Source of the DNA: Enoplolaimus lenunculus
Taxonomy: Eukaryota
Assembly: GCA_030248215.1 (NCBI GenBank)
Contig: JASANG010000753.1
Span: 682,001-720,772, forward strand
Reading direction: 5' to 3'
Length of the DNA stretch: 38,772 bases
Part shown: piece after piece, positions 13,101-25,100 of the stretch
Numbering within the stretch: position 1 is the stretch's first letter
Layout of the letters: every line of letters starts with the position of its first letter
Notes under the pieces: generated by a model
Databases searched by the model: none
What the model saw: the letters and a program-made list of their open reading frames with translations, nothing else
What the model was told of the DNA's origin: nothing
Program-made: the position numbers and the translations under genes

Positions 13101-16100
13101 AAACTTACTCAATTCTTGTTCCACAGAAAAACTGTCCGCCGCTGATCTTTACATGGGCCGCTCATTTTTAAGCTTTGGATTAGGATTTAGTAATATGCCT
13201 ATAATACTGTTCCGCTTCAGTTCTTTAACATTGGCCCAATGTAATAATTTATAAACTTTAACAATGTGTATTTTACATTTCAGTATGCATTCAACAGGCA
13301 TCATTGATTTGGACCAAGGCCGAAACCCTGGACCTCCAATTAAATTTTCACGGATTGGAGACAAAATTTTGCACAGATGGGATTGCAGCGATCGTAGGTT
13401 TAATAAATAAATTTTCAAAATTAACCCTTTCTCACATGAATATTTTCTATTTCCTCTGAGACCTACTTTTATGCTAAGATTCGATCTCCAGTGACTGCAG
13501 TGGGAGGCGTATACCATCACCACTCAGCTATAGGACCTTGACGCTCGAGCCCAAGGGGGCTCTCACGTCTTGTGGTGATTTAGTACAATGTATACGTGTT
13601 GCAATTGTTAAACACCGTGCGGTATATACTGTTTAACGTATATACACTGCACTGGGTTGCCTACAGGCAACTCAATGTGAGAAGAGGTTAACAACGATGG
13701 CGTTATACTCTTTGACTAATTTAATGCCTTATGTCGCCGCGATAATTACTAATTGACGCCGATTGGCAAAACGTACAATATGTATCTGAGGGCCGTAACA
13801 GTAGTATACTGCATGTTCCTAAGCCTAAGCCTCAGCGTAGACAAGCCTGTAAGCCTAGGCCAAAACCTAAAGCATAACAAAAAATCGCCTAAATCTTCCC
13901 TTCAGTTATACATTGGGGCTTGTATTGTATTCTACGAGACTGCAATAGAGTAAGCTTTAGCTTTTGACTAATTTTTTTTGCTTACGCTTCGGCTTAGGCT
14001 TAGGTATAAGGTCATTCTTACACCTAGGTTTACGTTTAGACGTAGGAATATGCTTATACTACTGTTGAGTCTATTATATACATTGGCTCAAATTTTAGAC
14101 AAAGTACTGTTGTTCATAAGCATTGCAATCTAAATTGAACTACCATACAGTGTCGAGTTTTGCAGTTGTTTCATGCAAAATACTACTGTTGAGTCTATTA
14201 TATACATTGGCTCAAATTTTACACAAAGTACTGTTGTTCATAAGCATTGCAATCTAAATTGAACTACCATACAGTGTCGAGTTTTGCAGTTGTTTCATGC
14301 AAAACGTTTTGATTGGTCAAAAAGTTTTAGTTGGTCAAAACGTTTTAGCCGTCATATTTTTTGACAACAATTTTGACACAATTTGTTTATATTTTAGCAA
14401 TGTTCGGTGTTCTAATCAAAAATTGCTACGTAACTGACGGGTTAGGACAACGTGCTGAAGTTATCGATGATAAAGGGTAAGCAGTAACATTGTGTACTTT
14501 GAACCAGGGCCGGAGCGTGCACCCCCAACCCCACATTTGGGGCCTAACCCCCAAAAGGGGCCCCCAACCCAAACAACATAAACAAAAATTATACAAAATG
14601 TTTTGATCATCGCAAGGGGATTATACCCTGGAATTTTGGGGGCCTTACCCCAGCCTGCTCCGGCACTTCTTTGAACGCTTTGCTTATTGCATTTAATTGT
14701 CTATTGATATATGCAGTCAGGGCCGGAGCAGCCGCCCACATACCCCTCATTTGGAAGGCGGGCCCACCCTGACTGGTCGAAACACAAACCGCTTAACTTT
14801 TAAATTAAAAGTGGCTTTTGAAACCGACACCCCCTGGTCGTCTCAAAAAATTCCAAAGACGGATTACTTGTGTTTCAATCCGTTTCTACACAGCCCTGGA
14901 CAAAAATTGCATACGACGGAGCTGGCATCCGAACCGCCTCCCTCGGCAAAGATTTTGATTTTATGGCAAAAACTTGTTTCATTTTCTGTATTGTCTAAAC
15001 AAATTTAGTTTGTCATGAATATAGTGGACATAGTGTAAACCGGATATCCGTTTTCGCTATTTTAATCACTATCCGGTTCTTTTATTTTTACTATCCGGTT
15101 TGCACAATGATAAGTGAGGTATACGCAATCAGACGGATATAGCGCATATATTATACCCACAATTTCTACAGACAAAATCACTGGCCAATGTAAAGAACAG
15201 GGGCGGAACAGTATTATACGCATATTCATAAGCGTAAGCGTAAGCCTAAGCCTAAGCCAAGCAAAAAACTTAGTCTGAAGCCTACGCTTAGTCTTTTCAA
15301 ATCCCACATAGAAACGTTCCGCCCCTGATCTTAACATGTACCAAATCACTGATAACAAACTTTAGAATAACCTTCTTTATTTCAGACTCATGGGCGGAAC
15401 GTTTTTTCTGTGGGACTTCAATAGACTAAGCTTAAGCTTTAAACTAATTTGCTTCGCTTAGTCTTAGAAATAACTTCATTCTTACGCTTAGGCTTAGGCT
15501 TCGCAATATAGTTATAATACTGTTCCGCCTCTGTTGTTTACATCGGTCCAAAAGTCAAAAAATCTTCTTTGGACGTTAACCTTATACCCTCAAACAGGAT
15601 CTGATGGCTACGCCTATGATTAATATTTTATTACAAAAACATTTGTCTATCAATTTCAGATGCCCGATAGATCCAATATTGATCTCAGGCATTCGTTATG
15701 CGGCAAATTTATCAGTGGCGTACGCCGAAAGTCACGTGTTCAAATTCGCAGACCGACCTGCAGTTTGGTTTTTTTGTCAAATTCAAATGTGTATGAAAGA
15801 TGCACAGCTGTGTGAAGGTGTTACGGTACGGTTTGATTGGCCTACTGTAAGGCCCATGCTACTTTTAGGGCCGTCCCGGTTTCTGGGTGGTCTGTAAAAG
15901 AGTAGGCTTAGACTACGTTTTTTTGTTTAGGCTTAGGTTTACGTTTAGGAATACGCTTTTGCAACGATTAGGCTTAGGCTTAGGAATACGCTTAATCTAC
16001 TGTTCCGGCCCTAAAAGTAACATTAGCCAACTTTAATTTCACAGTTCAGCGCTCAAGAACCATTTTACAATTAATTTTGCAAATATATAAACGCTAGCTA

Positions 16101-19100
16101 AGTAATTTTGAGAAATATACCGTATAATGCCACTTTATTAGGGTCGGTCGAAAACTTTCGAAAATATTTGATTTATTTACTAGAAGGACAATTGTATTTA
16201 AGTGATATTTCAACCGCATACGACTCATAAACATGTTTTGGCCTACATCGATCAGATCCAGCTGGATACGGACTTGAACTGACTACGATTTTTTTTCAGC
16301 CACCATCCTGTTCAACCAATCGACAGCCGCCAGAATATTCCGCAACAGCAAAGTTGGCCGACGATGTGGTTGGATCAAATGAAGTTTACGATGATAAAGA
16401 CAGCGACGAAGATAGCTACGAAAATAGCGAAGATAAGAAACAAACAAAAGAACCTTACAGAAAACAAAAGGTTAAGCAGTAGAAACGGGCCCATGTATAG
16501 AACAGGGCCGGATCGTTTTCCGGAGTGGCTATAATAGAGTTAGAGTCAGTTTAAGCTTTAGACTGTTTTTTTGCTTAGGCTTAGGCTTCGGCTTATGCTT
16601 AGGCTTAGGACTAGCTTCATCCATACGGTTAGGCTTAGGCTTATGCTTTGGCTTAGGAATATGCTTATATACTACTGTTCCGGCCCTGTTCTGTATATGG
16701 AACTAAAAACGTATTGATTTCTAAGGTCATAACAACCATATTTGTATTTTCGCTAATCCTTAGTCAAAATAAGATTATAATCATATGCTGAAGTCTCTAA
16801 CTTTAGCCGAAAAATCTAACCCTAAGCCTAAGACTACGCTTAAACCGAAGTCTTTAACTTTAGCTTAATACCTGACCCTAAGCGTAAGACTAAGCTTAAT
16901 CCGAAACCTAAATTCAATTCTACGTTAAGCAGTACCAGATGGATCCGTTCAACAAAAAATTTCTGCTACGGATCCGGTGGATCACGAACCGTTGACGTAC
17001 TATCGTTCCCAGTCAACTGGTCTAATCATTGAGCTACGCAGCCATGCGAACTTTTCGCTACAATTGCTCTATATACCGTGAGTAAAGGATAAATCAGAAA
17101 CATAAAACGGAGTCAAAAACCTAATCTTACTCGATCAAGTAAGAAAGCTAATCTTATCTAAAATTATAGTAACTGTAAGATTCAAAATTTCTGGATGGAA
17201 CTCCGTTACATTGTCAAATAGAACAAGTTCTATGCGTTCGTTTTCTAGTCTTGCCACCCTCGACAATCAACGGCCAAATACGAGGATCGAATCTGTCTGT
17301 TAAGCCTAAGTCTAAACCTAAACACAAGAACTAATCGTTGATCGGTCAATTTTCAGGATGCACCACTGATCGACTACGATGACAGCGACGAAAACCGGAT
17401 ATCCGATCGAAATCATCATGGCAGAAATGAAGATACTTCAATGGAAAGCTTCGGCGGATCTGTTGCCGGCAAGGATTATCCTCTTGCAGCGAGCAGAGAC
17501 CAAGACGACAACACAGATGAAAGCATTGAATCAGTCAAAATACAATATCGATATGAACCGGACGATGTTGAAGGAGTAGGCGTCAATCCGAAGGTCAGAG
17601 GTAAGCGAACAAGTCAGCTGACAAATTTTGAGCGGAATTGAGATGGTTTGTACGCATGAAACAGAGAAAAAAGTCAGTGCCGGAGGAGACTTGGGCAGCC
17701 CCCCTCCAGAATTCCGGGGCGCGGGTCCCTTGTGACGATCAAAGTATTTTTCAAATTTTTTGTTAAAAACTTCTTAGGGTACGGACCCTTTTTAGGGTGT
17801 TTCCCCAAATGGTTGTTATGGGGGTTGGCTTCGGCCCTGAAAGGAGTTTTCATGGAACAAGTTGCTTTTTCGAAGATAAGGGGACACGATTTCGGTGACT
17901 GGACGGGTAAGTAGCTAAGTAATTTGAGAAGAGGAAAGAAAGTTGGAACCAATCAAGTAAAGCGTGAGTGCGTTTTTCAGAATGCCTTGAAACAAAATAA
18001 AATGGTAAACCCTATTCACACGTTCAAATTTTTGCTGTGAAAACTTGCAGCTGCAACTTGCACTTGCAAGTTTTGTCGAAAATCCCGTTCGAAAAACTTG
18101 CTGCTGCAAATAACGCATTAAAAATCATAGCTAGGAATTTAGTTCTCACATGTGTTAATAACCATACAATTTCACTGAATTTATTGCAGCCGCTTTTTCA
18201 TTGGCTGATGAAAAATGCAAATTCTGCGTACAATTTGCAGCTGCAAGTTCTCGCAGCAAAAACTTGCACGCGTAAATAGGGCTTAAGATTCCTACTTTAC
18301 AATTGTTGACTTTGGTGTCAATTATTCGCACAAATTATTCAAATCTGTGTTTAGTGTAGGTATAGTTTGGAAATTTTACCTGATGCGCTAGTTGAATGTC
18401 ACAGTAATAAAAATGTCACGGGGGGGTCGGGAGGGCTTTCACCTACCAATCTATTCCCCTCTCCATTGATATGTAATGGCACATGATTAAAACATTTTTT
18501 AATTTTTGAAACATACTTAAATTGACAAAAAATTGCCCGCACCAGCTCAAGACTTCAGCTAACTTCGAGTGATTGATTCATAAGCTACAAGACCTTTCGC
18601 TAACAGGTTATATTCTCTAAAAGCTTAAACTTAAGTTGTAGCTTGAAAAACTTGAATATTAGTTTAAGTAATACTTAACTGGCTAGACGGACTCGCTAAA
18701 TTTAGCTATAAGTAAAAAGTTAAGGTTGAACGTAAACTTAGCCTAAATTTACCCATTAACCGAAAACATTAACCTAATGACTTAGCCAAGCGGACGTCGG
18801 ATTAGCATGCGCTTGTTGGCTCATGTTAATTATAATGGTCTGGCCACTGGGATATAGGAGACTGGGGTACTTAGAAACGGAAAGCTTTAAGCTTAGAGTT
18901 AGCTTTCAGATTTAGCATAGGCTTATTTTTAGGCTTAGGTTTATGCTTAAGTTTAGGCTTACGCTTAGCATTCAGGCCTCTATAATAGCATGGACCCGTT
19001 TATTAATTATACGAAATAAATGCAAAAATTTCACCATCATCACTAGTAGCCAGGAGCCAGTCGGGCCCGTGGGCAATGATCGCACGAGCCCACTGCGCCC

Positions 19101-22100
19101 GGCCTTCCATTGTCTCCTGGCTCACCTGGTAGGCCAGGTCTGCCATTTCGACCTCGGCCGCCGTTTGGACCAGGCGCACCCTGAAAAGCAAATATAAATA
19201 TTTACGAAATATAAAAAAAATCAATTGTTTTTAATTTTTATATTCTTTTTTTATTTTATGATTACTCAGAGTTATTTTTGTAACCAAGAGCGGACCCATG
19301 CAAACGTATACAATTAAGCTATTTGAACAATATACAGGTATTTGATAATTTGAATAAGCTTATCTAAACGTCATCTGTAATGTTTTGTTAGACGAATGTA
19401 ACCAAGAGTGGATGATGCAACCTTTCACAAGAGTATGCAAGTGAGTTCATTCTGGCTAGAAAACAATGTACCCTTCACACGGTGCATTTTTGCCCTACCC
19501 CCCTTTTTTAGAGAGGAGTACAACCTGTGCGAACCATGACACTTTATGTATTCAGCAACAAATTGCTCCGCTTATAATTTAATTTAGGGTTATTGCATGT
19601 GACAGCGACCCCCCTCTGAACAAGAGGGGACGGCCAAAAACGCAACACCCGGTGGTATATTTTGTACCATGCGGGACCCAAAGAGTTGCACACTCTTGTA
19701 TCATGCACTCTTGTTAAAACCAATAATAATTTAGTAATAACAATTTTATTTAATTATTAATTATATAATTACCAACAAATTATGCTTCTAAATTAAATTC
19801 CAAACGCGCTAACCTTATCTCCTGGACGACCTGGAGCTCCATCGCTGCCCGGGATCCCTGGATTTCCAGGTTTGCCTTGAGCACCGACGGTTCCAATTGG
19901 TCCTCGCGGGCCGATGCCACCCGGTCTCAATACGCCGTTATTGCCCGGAGGTCCATTAGGTCCGGGTCGGCCGTCTGCTCCTGGCGGACCTAAAAGTATG
20001 AGATAATAATGAAGGATTCAGGTGCTTATATTGGATTAGATATGCTTGAAAATCTAACTTAGCATTCGAATTAGCCACCGTTTTTAGAATTTTGAAATAT
20101 ATTTTATTAATCTGAAATTGCAAAAAAGTGTTTATTAAAATTAGACGCAAGATTTTACAAAAGAGCAAATTTAAAAACATTAAATTTCACAAACCAGCGC
20201 TTGAGTCAATAATGCAACTTCCACAATATCATACGTACAATAAGGCAACTTTTGAGGGGGTAGTGTCATGGACATTGAAAGCGTTTGTCCAACACACTGT
20301 AGCTTTTTTGGCTTTTCAGTGTCTATCACACTTCCCCTCAAAAGTTACCTGGCATACGCATGATATTGTAGATGTTGCTTAATGTACCTGCTCCTCAAAC
20401 TTAATTTTTTTGCTAAGTTACCTTGAGGGCCTTGATCTCCAGGCACGCCTTGGGCCCCAGGCCGACCAGGCTGACCGTCGTTGCCTGACTTTCCAGGCGG
20501 GCCGCGTTGTCCAGCCTGTCCCTGTGGTCCAGGCGTCCGCGTGCACTCGCACTGTCGTGGCGGAGGTAGCAGTTGCTCTCCTGGGCTTGAGTCAGGTCCA
20601 GGAAGGCCTCGGTTGCCCGAACTGCCAGGTCGGCCATCATCACCGTCGGGACCAGGCGGTCCCGGAGTCCCTGGTGGGCCTTGTTGACAGCAGCCTAAAA
20701 ATTTTAATATTTAAAAGTTTATTTCAATATTCAACATCACTTTCACTCTGAATCTTAGCATGAATTTTTATGTATAATTTGCAGACGACTGCAATAAATA
20801 TCAAACTTAAGCTATTGGATTATCAGTCACGTCAATGATCATAAATTTATTCCAGTTGCCAGACTATTCATATATATAAATATATATTTATATATATATA
20901 TATATAATTCTTTAAGCATATTCATCATGAATAATTTGCACCTGCAAGTTCTTCGAATTTTTGACTTGAAAATGCTTTCAAATCCAACGATCTTAATTTA
21001 ACCTTCCACAGATGTTAAACTAGTCCAGTGACACCGTCGCTATAAGCTTTGAAATATATTGCTGGAATTATTTCAAACTTCTTGACTTAATTCAAAAAGT
21101 CTGAATTTTAATTGAAGAAACTCTCAACAGCAATCAGTAATTTTGATTGGCCATTAAAATGCAGGTGCAACAAATTCAAGCGACTTGCAACGCGCAAAAA
21201 TCTAGTGAATAATTTGCAGCTTCAAGAACTTCGAAGTCGTTTTGTAACCGAACTTGCACATGGAAGTTGCACGTGCAACTTTTTGCTGCAAAAACTTTCA
21301 CGTGTGAATAGGGTTTTTTATGGTTGTTGCGCATTCATAGCGAGTAGTGAAGCAGTGAAAAGTTATTAACAGATTTCACACCAATATTAATAACGTGGAA
21401 CGATCGGCGGAAGTCATGAGAAGCTCAAATACATCAAAATTTTCAAAAGCTGCCCTTTTTGGCAAACGCCGACTGGGGAGGAATTACCTAAAAAGACTTA
21501 TAACAGCTGTACGTTTGTAAATGTGAAAAAATTCATTTCACAAACCAAAGTTAACGACAACGCCTGGAATCGAACCTCGGCCATCTTGCACTCAAGTCAA
21601 GCATGTTACCACTGCACCATGTATTTGCAACAACTTCATATTCCGGTATACGTGCACATGTATGGCAGGCAATCTTTTCGCTTTAAATATACTTCACCGT
21701 GAGTACATATACCAACTTTTGCCAGGCAGTAAATGTAAGCTCACAAGGTTGTTCAGGACTAAAGGTCTGTCGTTTTTTTCGGCCAACAAATGTAACCCTG
21801 TTCGGCAGATTGGGATGAGATCCATGCGACGACAACAGCATTTGTCGGGGATCAGACAGATCAAGATCCGCTACCAGAACGTCTCGCCAGAGTTGTCTTG
21901 ATCGAACCTATAAAACATGGGGGGTATAGTGTGGATTTTTTGATTTGACGATGACGATATCGGTATTATATGTACCTTGGAGGGCCGAAGCAGCCACTCC
22001 CTCCCATACCCTCGTTTGGGGGTCCCATGCCAACGAGAGTCACCCATCGTAAACATGTTTTAAACAAAAAGATAGCTATCAATATTCATCAGAATTTGAA

Positions 22101-25100
22101 AACTATTTTGAATATTGCAAGGGGGTCTTCCTGCAATTTTGGGGCCTCTACCCTAGCATTCTTCGATGGATTATGTGTAAATCTATTTGTGTCTCAGTTA
22201 ACATATATTTACTCAGATAAGTAAGTTTTTGAAAATCATTACTAGGGCGCGTGTTCGTTAATAGCCTAAGTAGGTATAATTTAATAAAAAATATAATACA
22301 GAGTAACATTTTGTCATAATAAATACCAGTCGTCCAATTTTGCGCAATGCAAAAAAAGTGTTAGCAAATGCATAAAAATCTGTATGCAAATTTTCTAATT
22401 AATGCCGTCTATGCGTTATGAAGCTATTGTAAAGAAAGTATGCTGGAAACTTGCACAAAATACGTATATGGGGAACTCCAGCTTTAATATAGATATACAA
22501 ATTCAGTAGAACTTAACGATCACTTTTCTTAAAGCAGTTTGGGATTCGAGGTGGACAGCGGCTAAACATAGCACAGTTCGGCTGCACATTCATACTTGTG
22601 CTTAGTCCACATTGTTAATGGAAGCTATTGTCTCAGGATGGGCATATGAATGATTTCTGATGCCTTACAAGTGAAGTTGAAAGTTTTCTATGGAGAGCGG
22701 TGAAAATGTTCGAGTGGAAATGAGCACCCACTGCGCACCCTCTGGGTACGGGGCGGCCCCGTGCCGGTTAAGCTGGATCAACCTTTTGGAAATGGGTACA
22801 AGGTCAGCCGAAAAATATGTTTTTTCTTACTTACATGGACCAAAATAAGCCGTCAAACAATCCTTCTTGAGCGAATTACATTTTAGCCGTGGTTAAAAAC
22901 TTGTTTACGAGCCTTCTTAGGGGTTTCTTCATCTTTTCGGCCGATGTAAAGATTAGGGGCGGAACGTTTTACTGCGGGACTCCAATAGAATATAAGCTTA
23001 AGCTTTAGACTATTTTTTGCATAAGCTTATGTTTAGGTATAAGCACTTTTTAACGCTTAAGCTTAGGTTTAGACTTTAGCAATATGCTGATACTACAGTT
23101 TACTGCCGTGTTCTCTACACTGGCCGTATTTTCTTACCTTGCACGAGTCAATTCGACCGTAAAGTTTGGCTTGTACCGTTCGAATATACTCAAAAACTAA
23201 CGGAAACGTAACCAAGCATACGGTAATTGCAGCTGTTGAAAATACAATTCCTGCAAATCCAGCGTATTTCAAGCGACGTTTGTTTAGTTTTTCGTTGTCA
23301 TTTATGTCGGTGGCAGTTACGAATGAAGATTTCATGCTAAAATATTTTAGTAAAACGCAAAATCTGCAAAAAAAACAACTAAAAGCTAATAATTTTTACT
23401 GGAATATACGCCCATCCGGCCGATGTATAGAACAGGGCCGGATTGTTTTTCAGCGGGCTGTAATAGAGTCAGTTTAAGCTTTAGACTAACGTTTTTGCTT
23501 AGGCTTAGGCTTAAGATTAAGATCAGAAATAGACTCATCCTTACGCTTAGGCTTAGACTTAGGCTTAGGTTTAGGAATATGCTTATACTACTGTTCCGAC
23601 CCTGTTAACCCCTTCTCACATTGAGTTGCCTATAGGCAACTAAGCGCAATGTATATACGTTAAATAATGTATTTCGCACCGTGTTTAACAATTGCAACAC
23701 GTATACATAGTACTAAATCACCACAAGACGTGAGAGCCCCCTCGGGCTCGAGCGTCAAGCTCCTATAGCTGAGCGGTGATGGTATACGCCTCCCACTCCA
23801 GTCACCGGAGTTGGAATCCTAGCATAAAAGTAGGTCTCAGGGGAAATAAAAAATATTCATGTGAGAAAGGGTTAAGTTTTATCATTTTACTGGTGTTGGT
23901 AAAATATCGTAAACATTTCATATTTTCCTTGTCAAATTGTTCCCAAAAATAACCAACTAAAGGCTTCTGGTATCCGCAAAGACACTTGTTTAAAACCCTG
24001 TAGACACGTAGACACGTGCAAGCTTTAGCAGCGAGAACTCGCAACTGCGATTTGCAGCTGCAAGTATTTGCAAAGAAACATCACGTTCATTCTGAGTCTT
24101 GAGATGAATTTATATGAACAATTTCCAGACAACTCGCAATAACCATCAAGTGGAAGCTATAAAATATCAGTTCGGCCAATGATAATGAATTAATTCCACT
24201 TGCAAGGTGATTAACACTTGTGAAATAATTCTTGGTGTATATTCATCGTGAATAATTTGCAGCTGCAAGTTCGCCAAATGAATTTTTGAACAAAATTTGC
24301 ACCTGCAAGTTCTTTCACATGGATAGAAATTTAAATTGGTGCTTAAAAACGTAAAACTAATCCCGTCACCATCGTCGTAGACTACGAAATATAAAACAGT
24401 TTGATATTTAAATTAATTCAAGCTTCTTAAATAAATTCAAAGCGCACAGCAAAACGGTTTTCAACTGACCAATCAAAATGCAGGTGCAAGAAATTCAAGT
24501 TTACTTAACACTGCGGTCACACGTGCGAATTAAATTCAATGGCATGAATTCCAGTGAACAATTTGTAGCTGCAAGAACTTTTACAATGCTGCATTTGTGG
24601 CCAAACTTGTACGTGTACGTTGCACGTGCAAGTTTTTGCTGCAAAAAATTGCACGTGGGAACTGGGCTTAAAAATTGCGTAGTTCTTTGCCCTAAAGACT
24701 CGTACCATCATGCCTTAGGCTTTGCACAGATATAATCGCACAGAAACAAACAAAAGCTACGACTTTCATATTAAAAATATTAACTACAAAGCTTGCCGGC
24801 AGACTTTGGCGATTTTACTTAAATTCTGAATGAAATAATACTGGCATTTTAACATATTTTTTTGAAATTTTAAACTTTTGTAGCTTGTTTAATATTTAAA
24901 ATGAAGCTATTTTTTGTTGTAAATTAGCCCGTTGTCTACCGAGTACTATTCGATCAGGATTCGTTCTCAATAGTGTTTATTGCTTTTAGTTAATTTTTAC
25001 TATTTTAACTTTACGTATACGTGCTGTAACAAAGGCACGAGGGGTTGGTGTTCACCCCTTCCTTTGTTCAAGCAAACTTACGTATTGTGAGTAACAACAA

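Noticed and set aside
20410..20751. Plus-strand GC-rich ORFs (20410, 20481) and minus ORFs 20413 and 19003
   Set aside because: Antisense or off-frame shadows of collagen Gly-X-Y exons.
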